64,000 nucleotides of DNA from Anthoceros angustus (lineage: Eukaryota; Plantae; Anthocerotophyta), in contig MU008154.1 of assembly GCA_010909165.1 (NCBI GenBank), positions 1,291,478-1,355,477 on the forward strand. Reading direction: 5' to 3'. Below the pieces are notes generated by a model. That model was not told the origin of the DNA. It ran no database searches and worked only from the letters and a program-made list of their open reading frames with translations. Below, one piece after another: positions 22,850 to 33,055 of this stretch (its first letter is position 1; every line of letters begins with the position of its first letter). The position numbers were made by a program, and so were the translations under genes.

Positions 22850-25830
22850 GAGCTCCGAATCGCACCGTTTCTACATTTTCCAAATCACCTTTTCCGTGTC
22901 ACCAAAGTCATCACCTTCAACCAAAGCGAGCGTGAGCCTCTGTCTGCGGTGGTAGTGTGCCGTTTTCATCCCATATTGTCAATGCCGGTTGGTCTTCAAC
23001 CGGCCGGTCGTCACGGTGCGGAGTCCTTCATTCGACCCTTCTTTCCAAGCAAGCTATACACTTGCATTTTCCACATCAATGCCTCCGTCGGATCTCCTTT
23101 GCCCAAAACTTGCGGGGCCCGAAAACTTATCTGTTGTTATTTCTTGAACTCGTCCGGCCCGCTCCGCGTTCACTCGTTGTGACATATACATTGAGCATCG
23201 TGCGTCTTTGTCAATGGCCAGCGTTCCTTTTCCGTTGTATCCGGCCACCAAAATGATCCCGATCACGCACGTCAACAATCCGATCGTCTTCGTTGGAGAA
23301 CATGTTCACCAACATGCCTAATAAGCCCAGGTTTACGATATGGCGTCGACCATCTTATCACCGATGTGGTAAATCGCTTCTTCACCACGGTCCATGTCGG
23401 ATAACTCTTGGCGGCTTGATGTCTTTGGAAAAAGAGGAGCTTTTCCGACATTGGACTCTGTCCTCCTGCGCTTCCATCAAATATTCCACTGTTTCCACGG
23501 CACCCTTAGGTGGGATGTTGGTTTTCTCCCATACCGAGTTTTGAATGACTCCTTTCACACCAAGACCTCAAAGCCTCCACGGCTTGAATCACCCCATCCA
23601 CCCCATGCATAAGAATTATCCAACACATCGCTCGTGGTCTTCTCGTTGAAAGAGCGATGATCTCTTTCAATTCTTCTTCAACGAAAGCCTTGTCATTCTC
23701 ATGCCTGTAAACCTCGAGGAGGTCGCGAGAAAAGAAGAGTATACCTCCTCGGTGGCAAAAATCCTTTCATATCCAAAATGTCTCGATGCACCACGATATG
23801 CCACTTTGTCCAAGACCGGGCACTCTGGCTGCCACGCATCCATGTCCTTGTCGGCCATTTGTTTTCGCTCTTCTTCCATCCGTTTCGATTCGCTATAAAC
23901 AAAATCTTGGAAAGGTTTTGGCGCTTTCAAATCCTCAATGTCTCCCGGTTTACGCAAGCAGCACGGTGGTCGACGAACTCATTGACAGCGATTAGTGCGC
24001 GGTCGGCGCGCACTTGTGTCGCGGTCGGCGCGCCTCCACCGAACCGGCCAGCGGTAACGGTCGGCCACCGTGCGGCCGCCGGCGCAGCGTCGCCGGCGCT
24101 GCGCCGGTCGCGCGCTCGCGGTCGGCGCGCGCGCCGGCCGCGCCGCGTTCGCCGGGTAACAAACAACAAAGTCGCGGTCGGCGCGCACTACTAATCGCCG
24201 GTGACGGCACTCTAACGAATACACTCACTTACCACTTTCAAAAATTGTTTGAAACTTCGCCAATTCCTTGGCCTCGGTATGAGGCTGTTTGGCGACTTGA
24301 AGGTCGCACACTTCATAGCCTTCGAAGGCATGCTCGATAAGGTTAATCTTCTTCCTGTTGCCAACATCGTATCCATATCTTTTAGCTGCGGTTTCCTTGG
24401 ATGACCTTAAGGTCACTATCAACATCTCTTCACCTTCTCGTCCTTGGGACTCCTTGGAATGCTCTCCATGCCCTTCCGAGCATTGGAGCCGGACGAGGGG
24501 TCGATTAGGGAGGCTGTTGTAGTTGGGTCTTGTGGCTTCCGTTTCTTTTCGCCCGTCGTCCCGGCTGCTTCCCGCCTGCTGGGAGTTCGCACTTCTCCCA
24601 CATCGGAAAATGGTGTCCACGTTCTCCCACAATTTACCCACCTCGCAATCCTCAAGCAGTCTTCCATCCACCATCTTCATACATAATCGTGTCCTTGAGT
24701 TTCCAGCCTCCTCCAGCATCCCGGCAACTTGTACACATTGAACTTCCACCGCATCGGTTTTCCATCGGGTGTGTCCGTGCCAAATCTCAAGCTCATCATG
24801 TATGTAGCGGACTTGTTCAATAAAACCAAGCTTCTTCCTCTTGTCGCATACACATTGTGATCAGCACGGCCGCATTTCTTCCTCCTCAAGCTGCATATAC
24901 ATGGCCTCAAGCCATTGAAATTTATCTTCCGCGGATACATTTGAGACGGTATGCATGGCGGCATAGCAATGGTTCCCTCCCAGCACCCCTAGGGTGTAAT
25001 CTTTGAGCTCGATCTCCTCGGTGCATCTTCTTTCTTCAAGCACCTTTGGATCAATCATGCACAAAAGTGGGAGCGTCCCTTCCTTCTGGACACATGCGCA
25101 TCATCGAACAAGGCACTTCATCCATGCCTCATCCACCTTCCTTATCTGAGCATCTGCCGTTAGAAATGAAGCGGGACGTAAATCGATATGTGAATGTCGA
25201 ATGTTGTGGTTTGCACCCGCTTCTTGTAGGCCCGAGTGCGAACCATCTCCGAGATAGTCATCCTCCTGCGAAAGGAGCTCCGGTCGGCATCGTTCTGTCC
25301 GCAAGCGGCTTCCTCTTACGCATGCTTCCTCGACTTCCTTAATTTTTCCGCCTCGCCCACTCTTCTCCATCACCACGAGATCTTGCCTTCCTCTTCGCTT
25401 GATTGGTGTGCTCTGCATGGAAATCAAAACAAGATGCTTCAATTCTTACATGGGTTCGGTGCGGAGGCGGGAGGAGCATTCTTACCGCCATTCGCCTTCT
25501 CATCTTCGGTGACACAGGGCGGATTCCCTTCTTCTTCTTTCAGTGCGCGTGCGTCCTCTTCGGACGAGGAGGGTCACCTCCTCCTCAAAAGCCTCGATTC
25601 AAGACCCAGTGGACATGTTGCGAGCCATGGGCAGCTCGTCGAGCTCGCCTCCGCCGGACCACGAGGCGAGGCCTCCTCCTCTTCCGGAGGCTCGGCTCGG
25701 CAGCCACCGGAACCTCGTCCTCCTCCATCTCCGGTTGCATAATCCGGGCATCGTTTTTCGCACACAACCCACGCCCGCCGATAGCGGTGCGTTCGCACCG
25801 CCTCGCTGCCCGATCACCGGTAGCGTCGAT
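22850..25830 (-). CDS. ParB/sulfiredoxin-like domain plus beta-class DNA N4-cytosine/N6-adenine methyltransferase (N6_N4_Mtase-like); one intron at 23978-24232; several frameshifts in this assembly
   Basis: ParB-like QIRKVDEAWMKCL..PLLCMID..YTLGVLGGNHCYAAM (GGNH at ~24969-24980). MTase blocks in order: HIVVHRDILDMKGFLPPRRYTLLFSrPPrGL (degenerate DPPY position ~23717-23725), IQNSVWEKTN (~23517-23546), PYRKP (~23328-23345), LLGMLVNMFSNEDDRIVDV-x-GSG-ILVAGY..LAIDKD (~23205-23325). Start and stop positions are approximate. Confidence 0.75.
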
Positions 25831-25959
25831 CACTACACCTGTTCTTCAGCACCCCGTGGCGGAGTAGAACGCAAAATTGTTCTCCCCTGTTCATTTAAAG
25901 AGGAAAACAATGAGTAAACCAGCTAAACCCTAGCGAAAATGGGAAGTGATACATGGTGA

Positions 25960-26460
25960 CATTCAACCGACTTACATCTTGAACACTTTTGGAATCACGC
26001 AAGGCCGATTTCAACTGGTGGCTCGACGAGGCATTATCTTGGCAGCATCCATTATCGTGAGGAGATGTGTGTTGATGTCATCGTTTATGTGCAAATGAGG
26101 TTTCTTGGTGACCAAAAGCGTATGTGCATATCTTCGCCCATTCCGTCCCCATGTAGAATCCATCCGACTCTTGCACAGGAATCCCCTCAATACCATTGTA
26201 ACCGTTAATCCATAAGGCCGATGGTGGAATCCAAGGCGACTGGATCTTGGGTTCTTCTTCGCAACAACGCTCCACTCTTTATGCATGTTGTACCGCCGGA
26301 AGAGAATCACGGAGCTTTTTCAAGCTGCTCCACAAAGTTAAAAGCATGAGGAATCGCGATGTGCATTTCCACCGAGGTTGGTGCTCCCTCGGCCATCAAT
26401 GTCTTCATATCCTCTCCGTTGAGTACCCTTTGAGGTGGACGTCCGGACACTACCATGAGA
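25960..26460 (-). CDS. Small uncharacterised ORF inside the DNA transposon (frameshifted)
   Basis: Joined pieces MVVSGRPPQRVLNGEDMKTLMAEGAPTSVEMHIAIPHAFNFVEQLEK..ILFRRYNMHKEWSVVAKKNP..ALWINGYNGIEGIPVQ. No family recognised. Confidence 0.35.
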
Positions 26461-26613
26461 GGATTCTCTCAATTGCATAATAGCGGTGGGGTTCTGTTAC
26501 CACATTCGGGGATCATCCCCTCATCCGGCGCCCTTGCGGCGATCCTGCTGCTCTTGCGGCCGCCCGCATTTTCGCCGATGGCGGGCGCCTCCAAGCCGCG
26601 GGGGTCGATCTCT

Positions 26614-27600
26614 GCATGCTTATTGCTCCGTGGCGTCCTCGCGATCACCATCCGCAATCTTCAAAACCTCATGCGGGAAGTTGGCGGGAGGAAGTAAGAG
26701 AATTCGTATCCGGACTCTCGAACTCTTGATGAAAAGGCTCGAGCTTACGTGGAAATGAAATATGGATGTTGAACGCATCAACGGGATTACGATAAAGCCT
26801 TAACACCGCTAGTTACGCTAAAGCTCAAGTTGTAGCAGTTGGGTCACGAACACGGTCATCATTCATTTAACCTCAAATGCCTAAAATAGGCCCATTACAA
26901 ATTCGATGCATCCACCTCATCTTATGCCGTCATTTTCTAAGACGGCTGCACTCTCATTCAAGGTCCATCGATCAGAATTCATATCGATCCCCATCGCAAC
27001 CGCAATTATAAATCATCCAACACCACACGGTACCACCTTATGTCACATGTCTATAATTGTGGGTGTGACTTTGATCTTGATTCAAAGTGCGTTCTTCCTC
27101 GCATGCTTATTGCTCCGTGGCGTCCTCGCGATCACCATCCGCAATCTTCAAAACCTGCATGCGGGAAGTTGGCGGGAGGAAGTAAGAGAATTCGTGTCCG
27201 GACTCTCGAACTCTTGATGAAAAGGAGAGGCTCGAGCTTACGTGGAAATGAAATATGGATGTTGAACGCATCAACGGGATTACGATAAAGCCTTAACACA
27301 CTAGTTACGCTAAAGCGGCTCAAGTTGTAGCAGCAGTTGGGTCGAACACGGTCATCATTCATTTAACCTCAAATGCCTAAAATAGGCCCATCACAAATTC
27401 CGATGCATCCACCTCATCTTATGCCGTCATTTTCTAAGGACAGTGGCTGCACTCTCATTCAAGGTCCATCGATCAATTCGCCATCATCCCCATCGCAACC
27501 GCAATTATAAATCATCCAACACCACACGGTACCACCTTATGTCACATGTCTATAATTGTGGGTGTGACTTTGATCTTGATTCAAAGTGCTTCTTCCTCGC
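26614..27600. repeat. Tandem duplication of ~490 bp in the divergent intergenic region of the transposon
   Basis: gcatgcttattgctccgtggcgtcctcgcgatcacc starts at ~26614 and 27101. The units are colinear and each contains TATAAAT. Confidence 0.85.
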
Positions 27601-27629
27601 GCATGCAGGTAGCTCTTGAAAATTTGCCG

Positions 27630-30600
27630 ATGTTGAAGCGGTGGAAGGAGTTCTTGAAGTCAAAGGACTTGGATGCTATCGTAAGGCGAGCGAGATTCCT
27701 CCCGATATGCAACACTCGGTCGAGGCATCAACAGCGCGGTTCGGCTTGAAATGCCTATCGGCGATCAAGGTATTCAAGTTGAAGAGGAGAACTAGATGAA
27801 GGTACGTCGTGCAAACTCGTGCGAAATCGATTGCATTCAAAAGGCTCTTGAACATGATTCCGGATGTGTGTTCGTCTGCGGTGCACGGCCTCCACCACTT
27901 CCGCGCGATAAGCGCATCCATTCCAAGACACCGCCCGTTTGTATGTTGGATTCCATTCACGGAAGTCCTTCTCCGCCAGAGCCTCGCCGTACATCCCGAC
28001 CATCCGCAAGACTACTCCTCCGGAAGTGCTCCACGGGGCGACACGCCGGGCGGATATGGCCGCTTGTTGGGGTGAATGCCAACTCGGTTTGCCCGGTTGT
28101 ATCTAGAAGATACTGTTTCCACTGTGGCCCCGTTCGGTGGAACTGATGTGGAGGAAGAGGACTCGGATAGCGGTGCATTTGAACATCCACCTCCAAAGGC
28201 GTACATACAATTTGAAGCCGGGTCCGAATCATTTATCGAGCATGGCGGACCACCACGTAGGCGCCCAAGTAGGCGGCAATCTAAAGTGCACGAGATGAAA
28301 TGTGAAGAGGTTCGTATTACCGTGATTTTCGCAAAACTGTTGTGGTAGACAATGCTTGAGGACAATAGGGAAGGCAACCTTTCGAGATTTGAGGTATCGG
28401 TTCCTTAGAATGTGCGGGAGGCGGAGATGCACCTACAATCCCTTTTTGATGTCGATTATGAGAGCGATGGAAGGGTTAGGGTAGACTCGTTTCTTGTCGG
28501 ACGAGGAAAAGTGTATTGTTGTAGAGGCCTTGAGACGCGTTTATTGTATCGGGTCTAGCCCGGCGAAGCAGCGAGGCGATCGGAAACATTGCGTGTCCGC
28601 CATACGGATGCGGCCGATCGACATCTTTGTGACTCTGGCGTGGATGAACCAAGCTTATGCTTATTGCCGAGAGAATGCCAAACATTGAAGTGTATCACCT
28701 TCCGACTCTTACTCAAAAGGCGAGGTGTTTCAAGAATACAAGCAACATATGCGTAGCGCTCGGTGATGTTTCTCATTCCTACTTTTGTCACTTTGGCTAC
28801 GCCTTTCACAAGGTGAAAATTCAAGAGCAATCGGTTTGCCTTGTGCACAACTGCGATTACCTCAAGCGAAATATAAAGAGCGAGAAAAACAGAGAAAAAC
28901 AAGGTGAGGCTTGATGTGAAATTGTGTTTTGACAGTGCAGGGGGGGATGGTGCGCGGTCGGCCAGCGTGTGCGCGTCGGCCAGCGCCTCGGCGACAATCG
29001 CCCGGTCGGCGGCGCTGTCTGGCTAGCCGGCCGGGCGTAGTTGTGAAGTCGCGGTCAGCCGGCGCACTCGGTATTTGCGTTGGCTGTTCCTTCCCAGAGC
29101 GGCAGTTTATTCCTCAATGTTGTTTGGGTGATTATTTTGCAGAAGCATTTGAAGCGATCCGGAGGCCTCCACAAGTCGAGAGAAAAATGCATCAAGCACC
29201 GCGTGAAATGTTATGGAGACCCGGCAAAGTATATCGGGATATCCATCGACGGGATGGACCAACAGAAGACACAGCTTCCACATTTCACGCGTTTACCCAA
29301 GGACCTGTCAGATGTAGGTTTGATCGACGTCCATGTTGTGGGGTGCATGATTTATAACTACACCATGTCGGCGGAACTCTTCATGGCATACGGAACATCC
29401 GAACGATGCAAACGACTATAGCCAATATCCGGCATGTCATTTCAAATTACGAGGACTACTACCAAAGGTTCTTTATCTTCAACTCGACAATATCGCAGGA
29501 GAATAAGAATGCCGCTATTCGCTTACACGAATATGTTGGTAGAGCTTAAGGTTTTGAGAAGGTAAAAGTAGGATTCCTCCCGGTTGGGCACACTCATGAC
29601 CAGTTGACGGATGTTTTCGAGGTTTTCAGATTGCTTGCGAAGGAAGCTTTCGTTGCCCAAAGCCCGGTATTTTGGAGAATGCATATCGCCCAAACCAAAA
29701 ATTATGGAGGTGAAAGAAGTTCCGGACTTCAAAGTTTGTGTGGCCAATACCTTATGGTAAGGCTGGCTATAAACAAATTCTGCGGGAAACTTGCACAATA
29801 TATCTTTTCGATCAGTTCAAAATAACCCGAGAAAGCGAGGTGAGCGCGGACTTGTTACTGTGATGAGGGGCAAACAATATTCCACCGATGAATCTGGTCA
29901 CCGGACGAGGGTTTGGAGTTTTGAATAATGTCCCATCTACTCCTATTCAAGCTCGTTTGGTTCATTTGGAGGTCCAGTAAAAAGCGGTTGCGAGAGGAGA
30001 GATCCGAAGAAGTCTTGCAGCAATGCGTGGGAAACTAGAGGAAAACTCGGGACCCATTTGGGCGCGGTGAGGATATTTGGTGGGAGGAATTGCAGGTGAG
30101 CAATCACCATCGTGGACAAGATAGCATGTGAGCATGCTGAGGAATTGAAGACCCCTTGGCAATGGTACGATAGAACACATAATGAAGAGTTGCATCGCCC
30201 GTTGGTTGTACCAGAGGCTGAGATTTTACAGCATCCAATCGTTCGGCAAGTGCCTCGGCGGGACATGTATGTTGGAGCGTACCGACAGGATGATGCGCGA
30301 AGGCGGGAACAAGAAAGCTTGAACGGCGATGTGTTGGAGATACAAACAGGTCACATGATTGCGGTGCCTTGTGGCAGATCGACAATCGACCATTCGGCTC
30401 GCAAAAGTTCTCTGGACTTCCAATGTCGCCCCATTCATTAAAGTCCATTGGTGGGTGACTAAATGCACCGACGCATTTGAAGGCGGTACCTAGAGGAGAT
30501 GATTTTACGATCGACCACCAGCGCGGCGTGGGGTCGCTCTCAACGACGGAGCATGAGGTTGCGGAAACACGTCGACAAATTGCTTCTTCGAGACACATTC

Positions 30601-30810
30601 ATCTTGGCATACGGGTTTTCTCTAACAAAAGCGAAGCAACTAAATGCAAGGACCGAACCATAATACGGAAAAACATGTACGTTTTGCGCCTGCATGCGGA
30701 GGAAGCTCGGAACATATGGAAGGAAGGACTGCGGATGATGGCGTTGCGAGAAGATGTTGCATCGGGCGAGGACATTGAAACACTTGATGAACATGGTTCA
30801 TGGAGTTGAT
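27630..30810 (+). CDS. Sola1-like DDE transposase; intron at 28904-29142; frameshifts in this assembly
   Basis: AERMPNIEVYHLP..SYF..VKI..RFALCxxC; PAKYIGISIDGMDQQKTQLPHF (~29220-29290); LPKVLYLQLDNIAGENKN (~29458-29510); KVGFLPVGHTHDQ (~29565-29603). GT-AG intron aag|gtgagg...ttttgcag|. Ends are approximate. Confidence 0.75.
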
Positions 30811-31298
30811 TAGTTAGTTTTCGATTGACCATGGACTCCTACTAGTCTTTGGGTATGGGAAGGTATCGCCGGTGCCGCTTCTCAGTGGATAGGTTGTGTG
30901 TTCCCCATGGACATAAACGGCTTAACCAAGTGCGAGTATGGGCACACAAAATGACGGTACAACACAATTTGCGATTATGTTCCAAATCGGTAAAACCGTG
31001 TCTCTATTCGATGGACCTTATTTTTTAGGACAACACATGATAAGACCGGCTGTCGACAAATGTTCAAACGCATCCACGATTCGGTCCCCACACTTTTAAG
31101 TTTTGGAGGAATGAATTCAAAGACAATAATTTTTGGCCACGTTCTTTTCGGTCTGTCGAAAAGTGGATGCCAAATTTCTTCAAAACCAATAGCATTACAT
31201 GGTTTTCGGGACATGCTTTTTGGATATGATGATGGGAAAGTTCTTGCCTTTTGCCCGACCCATTTCAGCGGAATCCACGATATTCTTGGAACCTTTGT

Positions 31299-32700
31299 TT
31301 AAGATAAAATTAAATGCTGATGGTAGTATAGAAAGGTATAAAGCTAGACTAGTGGCTAAAGGATATTCACAAAAACTCGGCTTCGACTATAACGAAACCT
31401 TTAGCCCAGTTCTTAAAATAACCTCACTTAGGATTCTTATGGCCCTAGCTTCCCACCATGATTATAAACTCATGCAGCTAGATATAAAAACTGCCTTCCT
31501 ATACGGTGACCTTCAACACACTATCTACATGGAGATCCCGGAAGGACTCAAAGTCACTAGACAACAATATAATGCTTGTTTATTATTGAAGGCCCTATAC
31601 GGCCTTATGCAGAGTGCCCTAGAGTGGTACTTCAAGCTAGATGATACGCTAGAGGAATTAGGTTTCACTAGAGTTAATGACCATTTCATTGTGCTAGCAG
31701 TTTACGTAGAAGATATTGTTCTTATGTCCAACTCCAAGGCCTTCCTAGAAGATACTAGACTCATGTTAGCAAAACGCTTCTCCATGACCACATACTGTGA
31801 ACTTTCACTTTGTTTAAGCATTCAAGTTTTAAGACATAGAGAAACTAGAAGTATTTTCATCCACCAATCTAAGTACATTTAGGAAATCCTAGCTAAGTAC
31901 AATATGCGAGATTATAAGCCTATCTCCACAGCTATGGAAGCTAACCTAAAGCTCAGCAAACAAGAGGATCAACAACACGAAGCATTCACCTCAAGCAACA
32001 ACAAGTTACAATACTCCTCTGCTATGGGGAGTTTGATGTACCTTATGGTACGTACAAGACTTGACCTTGCATTTTCAGTGGGAGTGCTATCTCAATTCCT
32101 AGTAGCTCCAACACAAGCTCATTGGAAGGCCGCCAAGCGGGTATTTAGATATTTGCGAGGCACTTCTAATATGGGGCTTTTATATCAATCAACAACCAAG
32201 CAAGGTCAGCCCCTACAACTCGAGGGGTATAGCGATGCCGACTGGGTAGGAAATGCCGATGACAGGAAAAACACAAGCAGCTATGTCTATATGCTTGGAG
32301 GAACAGCTACAAGTTGGCATGGAGTAGCAAGCGACAACAGGTGGTGGCACTCAGCTCAACAGAAGCCGACTATTGCTCACTCATCCACGCTTGTAAGGAT
32401 GGACTTTGGCAGCTTGTACAACTAGCGGAACTCGGAGAAGCTCAACGCATACCAAGGCCGCTATATTGCGACAACCAGCGTACCATAGCACTCACCTACA
32501 ACCCGAAGTTCCATGCGAGAACGACGCATATCGAAGTCCAGTTCCACTTCATCAGACAAGTAATAAGCGAAGGTAAATTTATAGTCCTATACTCGCCACC
32601 AGAAGAGATGACGGCAGACGTACTTATCAAGGCACTTACTTCCGCCAAACACCAGCAACATGCAACTAGGATGGGACTAAGGAGCCTATCTGGAGCATCC
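31299..32700 (+). pseudogene. Remainder of copia RT and RNase H
   Basis: IKLNADGSIERYKARLVAKGYSQ; QLDIKTAFLYG; LLKALYGL; AVYVED; GYSDADW; VALSSTEADY; CDNQ; HIEVQFHFIR; ADVLIKAL. Confidence 0.95.
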
Positions 32701-32745
32701 AATAAGGAGTTATATAGAACCTAAGGACTAGATGTTAAGTGGGAG

Positions 32746-33055
32746 TGTTAAATTAAGTACTCATGGCCGTTCCTTTGCAATTCTTGCAAGTCTACCAACC
32801 TAGCTGCGCGCCTTTGCAGGCATTGCTGGCACCGTTAGCCTGGCATTGGAATGTTACTGCTATGATAACATGTTACAGTTTTTAGGATCAGAGGATGTTC
32901 AGATTAGAATACAATCAATGAGCAATGTGCTCCTCTTACATTGGGGCTATGCCCAAGCGTTGTGTCGGTTCGTCTAAAATGGCTGTTTATATCTACCTTC
33001 ATGAGCTTAATTATCAAACTGTGCCCTAAGGGCTAGAATGGTACTTAATTTAACA
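32746..33055 (+). repeat. 310-bp LTR (probable copia 3' LTR) with 15-bp perfect terminal inverted repeats
   Basis: Follows PPT-like AAGTGGGAG. Reads TGTTAAATTAAGTAC...GTACTTAATTTAACA. Confidence 0.75.

Larger units (their letters stand above)
22466..31298. mobile_element. ~8.8-kb TIR DNA transposon (Sola1-like transposase) carrying a ParB-like/DNA amino-methyltransferase gene
   Basis: Flanked by a duplicated TTAA (maximal direct repeat TTTAAGA at 22461-22467 and 31298-31304). Removing it restores copia RT ...TFK|IKLNADGSIERYKARLVAKG. Imperfect ~35-bp TIRs: gaacagactccgcgcaatatcggcggattcttgaaa versus the reverse complement acaaaggttccaagaatatcgtggattccgctgaaa. Confidence 0.85.
18990..33055 (+). 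mobile_element. Decayed Ty1/copia retrotransposon, 5' LTR not visible, interrupted by a DNA transposon
   Basis: gag-protease-integrase-RT-RNaseH order with in-frame stops, followed by a PPT and an LTR-like end. Confidence 0.9.

Noticed and set aside
22850-25830. Bacterial or phage contamination as the source of the methyltransferase
   Set aside because: The gene has an in-frame GT-AG intron and sits inside a TSD-bounded element that splits a plant copia RT precisely.
26206-26222. HRPYGL resembling a second DPPYG methylase motif
   Set aside because: The surrounding frames lack MTase context. The proper motif IV context lies at ~23720, adjacent to the other MTase motifs.
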